NCBI RefSeq assembly: GCF_009914755.1
Contig: NC_060930.1
From: the human T2T-CHM13v2.0 reference genome, Homo sapiens
Length of the DNA stretch: 64,000 nucleotides
Strand: one strand, 5' to 3'
Shown here: positions 1 through 15,235 of the stretch, piece after piece
How positions within the stretch are numbered: the stretch's first letter is position 1
Layout: the number at the start of each line of letters is the position of its first letter
The notes under the pieces: model-generated
Seen by the model: only the letters and a program-made list of their open reading frames with translations
Database searches by the model: none
What the model was told of the DNA's origin: nothing
Position numbers and translations under genes: made by a program

Positions 1-419
1 AAAGTTATCGACCCAAAAATTAGGATCTAAAAACTGTTCTGTTTTTGTGGCTCCATGAAAAACAAAGCAACATCTTCTCTCAATAAAAGAACAAGATAAA
101 GCCTGCAGCTTCAAATATGCAAAGTTATGCAATAATCTTTCTGTCTTTGCCATTAGCAAGTGCTTTAATATGTAGGACTATATTTACAAAGGCAGATTTT
201 ATCCTTATATTCCACACCCATGTATTTACATGTTGCATAGCTAAAGCTTAATCTTCTCTATTGGTATAGATATTTTAGATGGAATATTCAATACTCTAGT
301 GAGCTAAAAGAAAAACAACAACAACAAAACAATGAATGCCTGTATGGTAATGGGAAGGCTGCTTAGTTTTCAGGTTCAAATAGAAACTTAGGACCATGTA
401 CTAGCTAATAGTGATTTAT

Positions 420-1210
<791 letters not shown>

Positions 1211-4200
1211 CAGTGGAGAAGCCATAAAATGTTTTCTAACATTTTATTGGAATAAAACAAAATTATCTATTTTTCTCATTCAGTTTTGTCATTCTGAGAG
1301 TTATGTTTACCCCTTTACCCCTAAAATTTAAGGCACAGATTATTGATGTTACTTTTTCTTATTTTTTATTACCTCCGAAAATGTAAATGGTTTATGTCAA
1401 AGATTGATAACAGTATGCAATTTAAAGTCACAAAAAATGCCAATATGCATTTTGTAGAAGAATTATTTCTTTCCATTGTATTGATAGTTTGCTGTAAAAG
1501 TTACAGTTTTTGACAATAAATTGAAAGCTTGAAAGAAAAGACTAATAATATGTTGACACAACTGCTAGGTATAGGCTGGTCCAACATTGGATCTGTAGGA
1601 ATTGATCACAATAAACTCTGATTGGTGAAAGCTGTATGAAATGTCTTAGCCTGATGCTAAATTATCTTGACTTTGAATGAAGTTTCTTGAACTCCTCCTG
1701 GTCCTGAACTGGAAATTTTCATGATGTCTAACGTCTAGAGAAGAATTGCTAGAATATGTTGTGGTCTCATCATCTTTTAACAAACCAGTTTTGAACAGGT
1801 AGTGATCAGAAATTGAGAATAGAAAAGTAAAATTGACCAAAGAATATATCTCAGAAACTCAAAGTAGAAAGGACAAGTATGTTGACCTTAGTCACATCTG
1901 AGTACTTCTCATTACCAATTGTGACTTTTGGCAAGTTAATTGACAACCAATTCCAGATTTGAAAATGCTGTCCTGAGTATTAATGAGATTTTTATATCAG
2001 GTGCTTAGTACAATGTCTGGATCATAGTATGTATTTTCCAAAAAATAACTCTTCTTATTTAGAGCATTGCCTTGATTAGGACTTCCTGGAGTTAGCACAG
2101 TGAATTATAAAATTATGACCATATCTTTGCTCTAGGTTTTTTGCCTCCATATTCCGTGTTAGTTGTTTTAATCATTCAGTCCAACAGTTAAGAGTGGCAA
2201 TACTTTTCAGATTCAGGTACTCATAGAAGTTTTTTCAAATAAAAATTGACATGAAAATTTACATTTTCACAAGAACTGAAAATGTCTAATTTTTTAAGTG
2301 TTTATATATTAAGAAGAGAATCAAGAGGGAGTTGCTATTACAAAGAGTTAATAAAACTCTAAGACAATCAGCTTGCATTATGTATTTCAGTTTCTAATTT
2401 TACTTCACAAAATTATAAGTGTACAACACCCAGACACTAAATACTCAATTAATTTATTAGTGATTGGGTGTTTTAATTAAGATGATTAAGTTTTAGTTTG
2501 GTATTAATACATGGGTAATACCTAAGCAATAATGATTAAAGTTTGAGTGAGAGGTTAGTGAAATTCCTGTGGGAAAGCAAAACAATAGAGTGCTTAGCTT
2601 AAAAAAAAATCCCCAAAACTAAAAAAACCCGAGTGAGTAATGTTTACCAGTCAGCAAAAGTGTAACAAAAATTATATTCCTCAGGGTGAAACTGTCTTCA
2701 GTTCAGTGAGTTTACAGTTCCATTATTACAAACCACTTTTAAAATGAGTGTTATTGAACTGATGCTGATTTAAGACCTTATATACCAATTTTGGTTTAAC
2801 AACAACAACAAAAAAGACAAGTCAGTTAAGGACAAAATTTGAGGCAATGTCACAGTGACACTTCACTTTCATGGAGGTTAGATTTATGGCAACCTCACTC
2901 ATCCAGAACACAGCTCTAATGAAGGCTTGGTGAAGCAAGCCTCTGTATGGCCACGTGTCTCTGAGGAGTCACCAGCATTACTCTCTAGGGGACATGGGCT
3001 AGCCCTAAGTTCTTAACCAGGCACTGGGGTGTTTGGTAAGACTCCACCAAATTAGACACAGTGCAATAGGCTGACAGTAGCAAAAGAAGTTAAAAGGGTT
3101 AGAAACATAAAGCCACTGCAAATAGTGAGCACTAAAGCTATCATAAAAATACCTGATGTTTTGAAGAAAGCACTTGCTTATGGGCTATGTATTCTATTTA
3201 AAAAAGCAAGAAAATATGAAAACAGTCACATTGTGCATGCTTTAAATATTCAACTTTCAAAATAATGATTTAGAATATACTTTTGGGGTAACTGAAAAAA
3301 TGTTGTTTTACATATGTAGGACTTTTAATTTTTGAAGAATCTAAAGATATTTAGTCAAGCAAACTTTTTGTATGCTTCCATGAAATTTATTTATCCTAAC
3401 TTTTTTGGAGGGGAAATGTTGCATGAAATTAACACCACAACCCAATGCTCAAAGAGATCTGAGAAGCTCGAATGGGACTGCTATTCAGTGGAGCCAGTGT
3501 CATAAAGAAAAGTAGTTAAAGACTTCTTCCTCAAACACCAAGTCCTGACATGGGCTCTGTGCCTCTTCTATTTGCTCTGTTATCTCTTTCCCTTCTTACT
3601 AACTCTCCCACCCATACTTCACCTCTCTTCCTAGCCATGTGTTCTGTCTGCTGTGGGCAATTTCTTTTCCATTATCCGTGATAGCTCCCTGTAATGAAGC
3701 TTCATTCTTCCTGCTAGCATCCCCACTAAATGCACCCTAACAGCAAAATGAATTCCACTGGCTTTAAAGACCTAAATATAAGAAATACAATAAAATCATA
3801 ATGGCACAGAAAGACCATATAGACATTAAAAATCTTGAAACAGAAGAAAACTTGAAACTAGTAACAAAATCAGAAGCTAAAGAACTAATAAATTTGACTA
3901 AATAAAAACTTTAATTTCTGTTTTGAACATTTATGACAGAGGGAATCAATATAAATTAACCAAAAAGCCAATGAAAAAATAACCAAAGGTCAGAACACAG
4001 AAAAGGAATATGGATATGTTACAAACAAAAGATTGCTCATCCCTACTCCAAATTTAAATATTTTCATGTTTTACGTATCTGGCAAAATTTTAAAAAATGA
4101 TTATGGTGAGGTTTTAGGTTTTTGCTCTCTTATGTTGTAGATGGTGATAGGAATTGAACTGACACCCTTTTTTTGAAATTTGGTTAATTGCCAATATTGA

Positions 4201-7200
4201 TTTTGTGTTTAAAAGCATATATCTTTCCACTTTTGAAAGTTTATCCTGCAGATACACTTGCATATATATTCAAATATATAGTGGGTGATATTTTAATCAC
4301 AGCATTTTTTTTTCCTAGCACACAACTGCAACCAACAAATCCATCATCATAGGAATGTAAACAAATTATGTCACATCCATAAAATTAAATATCATGTAGC
4401 TGTTAAAAAGAGAGAAGTAGATTTTTGTGTACTGATATGAAAAGTCTCCAGTAATTATTGTTAAAAAAGAACATCAAAGAACACACTGTTCATGGCATCT
4501 TCTGATTTAGGAAAACAAGAGGCTATATATATAAATAAGTGTATATATGAATAGACAACATTAGGAAGGGTATATAAGAAATAATTTTGGGGAATAGAGA
4601 TAGAGTTCTGAGGTGGGAGAGAGAATCACTTCTAATGTGTAGTCTTTTGGGTAATTAAAATGATTTACATATATGATTTACATAATAATGAAAGAACAAT
4701 ATAAAGACTATCCTGATTGCTATGTAGACAACACATTTGAGGAGGTGTAATAGAAGGGAGACCAGTTGGGGGGCCATTGCAGTACCCCAAGTACTGATGA
4801 TGTTATAGCAGCTAGGGAGATAATGGAAGTGAAGAAGATGAATATGCTGGAAGTATATATTAATGTTACAATACATAGCACTTGCTGATAGATAGAATTT
4901 TGGTGACTAGGATGCAAGGAATTAAGAATTGTTTGGGGATTCTGACCTGAGCAATTGAATACATAATGGTGCTATTTACAAAAATGAGATGAGTATGGGA
5001 GGGGGCAGTGTTATAGGAGAAGCTTAGACAATCCCACCTGAGGAGGTTGTATTTGGAGATTTGCCATGGTTTAGCTCTTCTTTCTCTTTGGAAGAGAGAA
5101 TTGATAAATGCTGTTCATTGCCCTAGCAGGGGATACCGCAGGCATTGACAACACTTTGCAAAAGATAATTTATATCTGAATTAACAAAACAAGAAAATGA
5201 GAGCATTCTACAGTACTAATATATCTTCCACTGGCTGAAAAAATGTATGCTTCCTCATGTGTGATGTTTCTATTAGAGAATCAGTAATTTTTCTCAGTGC
5301 TTTCAAAGAGAGCAAAAGGTTCTAATTGATTCATCATTGTCTACCAACTAGGCTATGACAGGGCAATGGCATCAGGGTCAGGAATAGTTTCTCTTTGAAG
5401 CAGGTACCAGCTTATTACAGAGCTTGGCCAAGGAAACCACACTATACTTTGCCCATCTAAGATGGAATAGATTAATCTTATAAGGGACAATTAAAATAAA
5501 ACAAAATACCATAAGAATTTGGGGCTGAAAAATCAGTGCGACTAACATAGAATAATTTCATAGAATGAAATAAAAATGGAAAATAAAAATAATTTGTTGA
5601 AAAATCCTGGAGTGATTAATGCTACATCACTTCATTGCTTTAAAGTAATCAATCTTTTTTTTAATCTCTAGAAGGGAAAAGATAGTTATCCCTCTAGGTA
5701 ATCTTTGAAAGATACCTAAAACCAACCAACCGACTATTTCACAAACAAACCAAAAAAATAGAAAGTGTTCTAATTGTAATTATATTTCTGTTAATAATAA
5801 GCATCCTAGTGAAGGTGTCAGGTTAGCAAATTGATACATTAGATGTATACATATACTTGATATACATATATTGTCAGTCAAATGATTTTTAGGATACCAC
5901 ATTATTTTCCTTAATTTTTGACACTACTATATTTCTTGCTATTTGAAATTCTGAAATTGCATTGTTTTTAATCTTTAAATTATATGGTTACCTCTAAAAG
6001 GTCTCTGTGATATTTTTATATTTTTAATACTGCTAACTCTTTAATACATTCAAAAGTGTATATATATGCAAGATATGAGCAAGGTATTATCTTTAGGACA
6101 TATTACAACAAACATATTTTGACTTTGTAGTAAAAAAAAGGACAATTCCTATTTTTTAAAAAGCTCTGTTATAATTCTTTACAAAGGTCCAAAAGAAAAC
6201 ATACTTTACTGAATATCAACATACTTTAAGTAAATTTTTTCTTAGACAATTAATTTAACATTCTATTTATGTAGTTGGTTGGATAATTGGATAATGGCTG
6301 AAAAACACAAAATGCAGCCTTAGTATTTATCGTAATTCTGGCGTAGACATATTTTTACAATTTTATTTTCAATTCAACCATTTTTAAAATGAATAATGGT
6401 GCTATTTATATGCACTACTCTGTTTTTGGTTCACTGCAGCAAAGTATCTACTTCTCATTTTAGTGTAGTTGTGAATTTTCTTCAAGATGACTTTCACATG
6501 TGTCATCACATGTGTCATGGTGTATATACTTATATACTCAACTTTTTCTGAAATACAGTACCAATCAGTACTAGGTAAGAAGATAATGATGAAGATTGCC
6601 GGGGGTGGGGGGAATGGGCAATTTCTCCTTCTGCAGACCTAGCAGTTAAAGATTTATTTGGGGTATTGAGAGGTGAACGAAAGCACCTACGTCTAATCTA
6701 ACTACACATTATTAAAAATTAAAAGTGGAGAAATCAACACAATGAAATTCACATAATTGCTGATACTTAATGAAAATGAAAGATTTATATGCGCTGATAT
6801 ATAAAGCTAAGATATTGAAAAACCAAGTGACAGATTGATATGTGAGGGATTATAGAACTTGTAATAGCTGATAAAGAATATATTTGTTAAGCATATGCAA
6901 CATTTGTTTAACTTTTAAAGCATAATAATAAAACAATGAGTCTAATGACTTAATAAACAGAACATCAGTAGCACTGGTTTAGTCTCTTCAGCCCCAGTCC
7001 TCTGCCTCACACTCCTCAACAAAGCATTCCCTATTTTTGAATTTCAGTTTGCTTTCCTTTATATCTTTTGTTTTGATCCCCAACTGAAACAGCATAGTTG
7101 TTAATTTTATTTGTGTTTATAACTTATAAAAAATGGTGTATGTACACTGTATTATTCATTTATGACTTCCTTATTTTCAATTAACAACATTCCTAAGATT

Positions 7201-7981
7201 TAACCATGTTGATATGTTTATCTCTAGGTCACTCAGTTGAATTACTCTATAATATTGTGTTAACATACTACTTTTCTTTACCAGTGTGAACAGAAAATAG
7301 AGTTGTTTCAGTTTTTAGCAGTTATGAACAATTACTTTATAAACATTCTTCTGCATATTTCCTGGTGGCTAAGTACAAGAGCAAGAAGTAAAATTTCCAG
7401 GTATATAAGATACTGTTACTCTTTATTCTTATCAACACTTCTTATTGTTAAGTTTCAACATTTTTGCCCATCTAGTAGTTAACAGGCTTTATTGTGGCTT
7501 CAGTTTGTGTTTTTCATACACAGCCAATTTTTCTATTGAGTTGTCCTACACATTTGTATCTGATTTTTGTATTATCTGGGAAATAATCATTTGTCATTTT
7601 TGTATGTTACAAATATGTCCTACCAATTGTGGCTTGTTTTTCAATATGCTTTAAAAGGTTTTTTTGGGAAACAGACATTCTCATTTGTAGCATAATTAAA
7701 TTTACTGATTTTAAAAATTTATGTTAAAGATTTAGGGTTTCTTTTATTATGAAGTTATAGAGAGAGCCTCTTATATGTTCTTTGGAAAATTTAAATGTTT
7801 CCTTTTCTTTTTGTGAAGTCAGAGAAAGAGTGTCATATGTATTCTCTAAACTTTAAAACTTTACCTTTTTAAATTGCTAACTTAATTCAATTGAAATTGA
7901 TTTTTGTTTGGTGGGATCAAATTTTGTATTTTGTGGGTTTTTTTGCATTAAACTAAACACTTTATCCACCTCATTTTGTAA

Positions 7982-8293
<312 letters not shown>

Positions 8294-8380
8294 TAGGAAG
8301 GCAATTCACTCTACTAGTTTTGTTTTGCTTTGTTTTGTTTTTTCTTCTCCAAAAGATATAGAAACCCATAGGGATTTTGA

Positions 8381-8888
8381 GCCTACGTGTGTCTTTGCAC
8401 ATGAGATGGGTCTCCTGAATACAGCATACCAATGGGTCTTGACTCTATACAATTTGCCAGTCTGTGTCTTTTAATTGGGGCATTTAGCCTGTTTACATTT
8501 AAGGTTATTTTGTTATGTGTGAATTTGGTCCTGTCATTATGATGCTAGCTGGTTATTTTGCCTGTTAGTTGATGTAGTTTCTTCATAGTGTTGATGGTCT
8601 TTACAATTTGGTATGTTTTTGCAGTGGCTGGTACTAGTTTTTCCTTTCCAAATTTAGTGCTTCCTTCAGGAGCTCTTGTAAGTCAGCCTGGTGGTGACAA
8701 AATCTCTCAGCATTTGCTTGTCTGTAATGGATTTTATTTCTCCTTCACTTATGAAGCTTAGTTTGGCTGGATATGTAATTCTGGGTTGAAAATTCTTTTC
8801 TTTAAGAATGTCGAATATTGGCCCCCACTCTCTTCTGACTTGTAGGGTTTCTGCAGAGAGATCCACTGTTAGTCTGATGTGCTTCCTT
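8381..8888 (-). mobile_element. L1PA internal fragment (ORF1 C-terminus to ORF2 start) with 12-bp TSD and no poly(A)
   Basis: ORF 8666-8866 (-) DLSAETLQVRREWGPIFDILKEKNFQPRITYPAKLSF is the L1 ORF1p C-terminal region; flanked by tagggattttga at 8369-8380 and 8889-8900. Confidence 0.92.
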
Positions 8889-10417
8889 TAGGGATTTTGA
8901 CTGGAATTGTATTAAATATATATGTAATCATATGTGTATTAATATTATGTACAAGTAAAGTAGGGTAGAATAAACAGCTTAATAGTATAAATCTCCTTAT
9001 TCAAGATATCAATTTAAGTCTTTTAAATATATTTCAATAAGGTTTTATAATCTTACACATGTTGTATTTTTATACTCATTTATAGGTATCTTGCATATTT
9101 ATAAATTATATTTTCTAAAATTTTGGTATTAATATGTAGAAAAACAATTTGTTTTCACATATTGATTTTCACCAGACTAAAATATCTTATTCATTCCCTT
9201 AATGTTTTTGTATTTTCTTTTCGGTTTTCTATGAGGGTAATCTATGAATTTTGTTTTTCTTCTAAGCAAATCTACAAAACTTCCATTAATTTATTTTATC
9301 TTACTGCACTAACTAGAAAGTTCATTACCATGATGAATGGAAGTGGTAAAAAGCTTAACATTTCTCAGTTGCTTACTATGTGTCTCTTTATTCTGCTTTT
9401 TGCACATCAGGTCCCTTCTGCTCCTAGTTTGCTAAATCTTTGTATCATGATTAGATGTTAAATTTTATTGAATGTCTTTAGTATTTATTGAGACGGTCAC
9501 ACATGTTAAGTTTTAATTTAAGTTTAATTTCTATTTTCTGATCGAATTCTTTATTTTGCATAAAGTCCATTTTTCCTTTAACGTCATTGTTGGTTAAAGT
9601 AATCATCTGCAATCTAATCTTTCTTGGGATAAATCTGTCCTCAGTGTTTTTTTCCCCACCTTTTTTTCTAAAATTCTTTTTAACTAACTATATAGTCTCT
9701 ATGTTTTTCCCTTTATGGAGTGTTTGTATAGGCTCATGTATTTTTTTAATTCATCAATTTTGTAAGCTCATAATTCTTTTGAGGACTACTATCCTAAGTT
9801 AAGTGGACATACTTTCCTTACAGCTCCTTCTTCCTCTTGTTCATGGGCACCTTTCATTTCTTTCCTTAAATACTAATAGTCTCACAGATACTAGATTATA
9901 TTTCAGTGCATTACCAGTCCTCTTAATCTAGCTGGGTAGGCTGAGCTGTGGTCATGGTTATTTGCAGCTTGGAAACTCTACTTGCATGCTTTCTATTTTT
10001 GTGCAGTTTGAGAAGTCCCTTTTCCTCATGGCAAAGTGACTTTATTTCCTTCCTTCCAACTACAACCATGTTTGCATGTTAAGTTATTAAACCTTCAAGT
10101 CTTTCTGGCTTTTTGGTTAAGTGTATTTCCTTGTATGTAGACACTTGTTGCCATTTGGTAGGATTTCAGGTACTGGCTGCCTCCAGACTCCTTTCTGTTC
10201 TCACAACTAACTCTTGCTCCCAGACTTATCCCTCCGGATCACGTTTCTGCTTATGACCCAGTGATTTAGAGTAAATGTGCATCAAGAAATTGTTTCCCAG
10301 ATCCCAGCGTATAACCTTTAAATGACGGTCCACAGGTATTCACTTTCAGGTCTATACGCTATGGCCCTGCTTACTTAATCTGCTCTACTCCCTCCATTCA
10401 TTTATTCATTCATTCAT

Positions 10418-10703
10418 AGACAGGGTTTCACTCCCCTTGACCTGCCTGAGTGCAGTAGTGTGATCTCAGCTCACTGCAACCTGTGTCTCCTGGGTCAAGC
10501 CATTCTTCTGCATCAGCTTCCGGAGTAGGTGGGAATACAGGCCCGCGCCACCACGCCGGGCTAATTTTTCTGTTTAGTAGAGACGGGTTTCGTCATTTTG
10601 CCCAGGCTGGTCTCAAACTCCTGGGCCCAAGCAATCCGTCTGCTGTCTGCCTCTCAGCCTCCCACAGTGCTGGGATTACAGGCGCGAGCCACCACGCCTG
10701 GCC
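10418..10703 (-). mobile_element. Alu SINE (AluJ-like) with (TTCA)n-converted tail
   Basis: Reverse-complement Alu agacagggtttcac...ccaccacgcctggcc; (ttca)n at ~10395-10417. Confidence 0.9.
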
Positions 10704-10704
10704 G

Positions 10705-10736
<32 letters not shown>

Positions 10737-11678
10737 CAGCTACATTGATCTTAGTGACCTTCGAATTTGCCAAGTATGATCACATTAAGAATTTTGTACA
10801 AATTTTTCTTTCATCCTGGAGTGGGGTAACTATCCTTCTTTTCTTCAGTCAGATGTCAGCCCAGAATTCCAGTTTAAAGAAAAACTTTGCTGACCATTCT
10901 ATTTAAAGCCTTAATCCCTGTCACTCCTACTTATATTGTGACATTAGTACGGTGTCTTTGTTATGTTTGAGTTGTCTACAAGTACCGAACTTAGACTCAT
11001 TGAGAATGACAGCCTGATCATGTTCATTGTTGTATCCATGGAGCTAAGCACAGTGCCTGGCCATCGTAAGTGTTCAATCCCTATTTGTTGACTGAATAAA
11101 TGAAAAAAAAAAAGTTTGAATGCCTAGTGGCGACTATCTGGCAGCTGGAAGCTGGAACAACAATGCCACAAAGAGCTCTGAACATGATTTCAGCTGTTTT
11201 CTTCAAGTTCTGTATCTCTAGCCTGCTATTGATCTTCCAGAACATCCCATAAAGCATGCACCTGGCAACCTGGTCACACCTACAACCTTCAGCCCTCCAA
11301 ATTGGTGACTGGTAATGGGATTTTTCACAACTCTCTGTTGATTTCACTCAAATCTATATTGCTCTGGGGGAAAAGCAGAAATATCTGTAAACAGGAAGCG
11401 TCCTCTTTTGGTTTAGTCCAAATTAAATCTGCATATATTCTTTGAAATAAGTTTGCGATTGGTGCTAACCCGTCTTTCAAGTTCTGATAGGGTTTTCTTT
11501 TTAATATTGTGCTTATTTGCATTTAATCTGAAATGGCTGGGTGGTGGAGTATGCATAAGTCTGTACTTAAAGACATATATAATATAATTGGGAGAAACTT
11601 TCAACCTCTATTCTAGATTATCTGTATTTTGATAGAATCAGAACCAATTACAAATGCACACTTATCATGTTCTATTTC

Positions 11679-11895
11679 TTTTTTTTTTTTTTTTTGAGAC
11701 GGAGTCTCGCTCTGTCACCCAGGCAGTGGTGTGATCCGGGTTCACGCCATTCTCCTGCCTCAGCTTCCCAAGTAGTTGGGACTATGTGCGCCTGCCACCA
11801 CGCCCGGCTAATTTTTTGTATTTTCAGTAGAGACATGGTTTCACCGTGTTAGCCAGGATGGTCTCTATCTCCTGAACTCGTGATCTGTGTGCCTT
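11679..11895 (-). mobile_element. Alu (AluY-like), 5'-truncated and internally deleted
   Basis: T-tail then gagacggagtctcgctctgtcacccagg...gggttcacgccattctcc...gttagccaggatggtctc. Confidence 0.9.
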
Positions 11896-11902
11896 ATTAC
11901 CT

Positions 11903-12206
11903 GGCCAGGCGCGGTGGCTCACCCCTGTAATCCCATCACTTTGGGAGGCCGAGGCGGGCGGATCACGAGGTCAGAGATTGAGACCATCCTGACTAACACG
12001 GTGAAACCCTGTGTCTACTAAAAAAAAAAAATAAAATAAAATAAATAGCTGGGCGTGGTGGCGGGCACCTATAGTCCCAGCTACTTGGGAGGTTGAGGCA
12101 GGAGAATTGCTTGACTCCAGGGGGCAGAGGTAGCAGTGAGCTGAGATCGCACCTTTGCACTTCAGCCTGGATGACAGAGCGAGACTCCATCTCAAAAAAA
12201 AAAAAA
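11903..12206 (+). mobile_element. Alu SINE (AluSc/Y-like), full length
   Basis: ggccaggcgcggtggctcac start, A-tail, imperfect TSD cttattacct/cttattgcct. Confidence 0.95.
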
Positions 12207-13899
12207 GCTTATTGCCTTAAGAGATACATTCCAATCACACTACTGTTATAGCTTCTTATCTCTCTAATACAGCATTGCCCTGAAAATGCCTATACATCCC
12301 TGAGATAATCAGGATATAGGTATTTTCTTTCCTTCTGAATATTTTAAGGTTTGGTCTTTAGATACCCCTTGAACTTGTTTTGTGTTGACTTCGAGATTGA
12401 CAGTTTGATTACTAGGCTGAAGATCTGTTATTGGCTAAGTGCTAAGTTTCTAGAAATAACTAAGCACTCAACCAATATAATTTTGTACCCTTGAAAGATA
12501 CCTTCTATAATTAGGTATAAGTCAACTGTATTCTTCAAAAGTCATCCTTCCTCTTTGCTATCTTCCAAAATAAATGGGTTAAAATTAGAAAATCTGTTTA
12601 CATTTTCTTCATCTCTGTCCATCAATTCCAATGAGTTCCATCATAGTTCAAATTTAATCTATGCATAAACACTTAATCTAAATCATGTAATAATTCTAAT
12701 TATCAAATCTAGAATCAATGAGGGATACTGCTACTCTGAACTTAAATTGGAGTCATGAGGAAGAAGAATTTACTGAACAGGAAATTGTAGAATATTCAGA
12801 GACTGAACAAGCCACACTATTGTTCTAATATCAATAAAAGGAAAGACGGTAATGCTAGACATGTAACAAGGCTTTCAAAAAGTCAGTAATGGTGAAAGCA
12901 TATGTGTGATTATATGCAGTATTCAAGGTCCTGAAATACTGAAATAAAATTGGTTCATGAAAAATAATACTTCCTTGCCATAGAAAATAGGAAGTCAGAT
13001 ACACTCCTCTATGATAATGTAATTTTATTGTCAAAACCTAGACATGGCCTCATTAGTCTAGGTTCATTTCTATTATTGTCACAAGAGTGGATTAACATCA
13101 GCTAGTCTCAAAATAGAATTAATTTGGAATATATTCTGCAAAATGTCAAAAAGTTATATAAATCAAGCCAAAAAATTTAGTGCTCATGAAAATATATGAC
13201 AGCTAATTTATTGATGCAGTTTTTCTCAGGATCTGTGTAAATCAAAACAATATATTCTATGGTAGCATTTTTGAAATCATTCTATGACCATGCCTGTCAC
13301 CTATTAATACATAGAATACATAGAAATTCTCCAAATTCATCTTGTCCACAGATAGAGCATTGAGAACTTGTTAAAATCATTCACGTATTGAACAAAACAC
13401 AAACTCTCTCCTAATGCTTGTCCCCCACATAAAAATAATGTGATTTTTACAGATAGCTTTGTGAAACACAGTTGCAATTTCCACAGGTGTATTGAACACA
13501 TCATCCTCAACAAATTTGTAGCATTATATATATGAACATATAGTGGTATCCAAAGACAGTCTGATAACCCAGTTTCAAATAATTCCAATGAGAAAATTAA
13601 TTTGGCTTCACAAAGAAGTACTCATTATCAAGGCCACCCATGCTAATGTTACCTAAACCTGTAAGATAAACCTAAACCTGTAAGATAAAAGCACAGAAAG
13701 AACTGAGATTTATAAAACTATCCATAGCGCAGGAGACTTTATTTTCTACATTTAGTGAAAGAAGAAAGAAGTAAAAGGACTGGCCCTAGTCATTGGGCAG
13801 ATAAGATAATGTCCATAGAATCCAGAAAGAAAGTATAATTATACAACTCTTACCTTTCAAGGAGAACGAGTTGCAAAATGGAAAGTTTATCTTGTACAC

Positions 13900-14480
13900 C
13901 ATAAAGTAGAATTGAAGTATCAAATATATCTCAAGGAACTGAAACAACATGCAGATGTAAATAACTAAAAATTTGAATAATCAAGGAGGATGGAGAAACA
14001 AAGTGTTTGGATAGGCTCAAAAATTCTAATGCAATCCTAGGCTAAAATTCTGAGCAAATAGCATCTAGTCTAATCCATACTTTTAAGATCACATTTGAAA
14101 AAGTTTGGTTCTGGGCTAAAACTAAATACTAAATGATGAAATATATCAAGTCTAGAGAAAGAGTATGAAACATTCAGAAATCATATAATTTAAAATAGAA
14201 ACTATTGAAATTTGACTTGAAAATATTTAGTAAAGGCCTAATTATCTTTTAGAAATCTTAAGAGGGGCATGTAGAAGGTAATTATACTATGTCAAAGAAG
14301 CTGTAGTGGGAGAGTTCAGCATTATAGCTCTTACAGCAGTTGAAAATGTAATTGGATGCCTTATGAGATAGTAAATTCCACTATCTCAAGTCTTTAAACA
14401 GAACCTGAATGACCACCTGTCAAAGATATCTTAAAGAACATTTCTGAATTAAGCAGAAAGTTTATGTAACTGCTAAATGT
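13900..14480 (+). mobile_element. Ancient CR1/L3-like LINE remnant
   Basis: ctaatgcaatcctaggct...gatcacatttgaa...gttctgggc resembles the L3/CR1 3' region; highly degenerate. Confidence 0.35.
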
Positions 14481-14946
14481 TCCTTTAATTAATGAATATC
14501 ATTTGCAGCATCTTTATTATCTTTGGAATAAAATATCAAGATCATATATTAATAATATGTTTTCTAATCACATTTTTAGAAGCTTTTTAATAATGAAATT
14601 ATTCATTCTTATTAAGAAAAATGTACTTTATAATGTCTGACATATATGACAATGATCATTCTGCCTTTTTATTTCATGTAACAGAATTTTGGAGTTGTAA
14701 ATTCTTGAGATATTCTTATTTTAATAAGAAACTTCTTTGGGTCCAATCCAAGGAAAAAATTAAACTGTTTACTGTAATTAGGAACCCTAAAAACACACTA
14801 CTAAAATATTTCACTGCCTAAAAGTTCAAATTTTTCTTGATAATTTGGGATACCAAAAGGTCATGCCCTGGTTGCTTAAAAACATAGAAATAATGCCCAG
14901 TTTTTAACATTGTTAGAAGGATTAGTCTAGTTTGGTCAGCCAAAAA

Positions 14947-15008
14947 CTCTCTCTCTCTCTCTCTCTCTTTCTCTCTTTCTCTCTGTCTCTCCTCCCTCTC
15001 CTCTCTTT
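14947..15008. repeat. (CT)n / pyrimidine microsatellite (converted Alu tail)
   Basis: ctctctctct... run directly abutting the minus-strand Alu. Confidence 0.9.
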
Positions 15009-15235
15009 CTGAGATAGGGTCTCGCTCTGTCATTCAGGCTGGAGTGCTGTGAAATGATCATAGCTTACTGTAACCTCGAACTCCTGGGCTCCAGCAAATC
15101 TCCTGCCTTAGACTCCTGCTACAGGCACATGCCACCATGCCTGGCTAATTTTTTTCATTTTCTGTAGAGGTGAGGACTTGTTATGTTGCCCAGGTTGGTC
15201 TCAAATTCCTGGGCTCTTGCAATCCTCCCAACTCA
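15009..15235 (-). mobile_element. Alu (AluJ-like), degenerate and 5'-truncated
   Basis: gagatagggtctcgctctgtcattcaggctggagtg...ttgcccaggttggtctcaaattcctgggctc. Confidence 0.85.

Noticed and set aside
10705-10730. 26-nt T-run at the head of a minus-strand Alu
   Set aside because: No element body follows; most likely an expanded T-rich target site
11100-11400. Possible minus-strand exon (acceptor-like ttcctgtttacag near 11385)
   Set aside because: No recognisable protein similarity or convincing donor; cannot be supported without transcript data
13651-13688. 19-bp direct duplication acctaaacctgtaagataa x2 (similar small ones near 6494, 18705, 41608)
   Set aside because: Common slippage-scale duplications with no further structure
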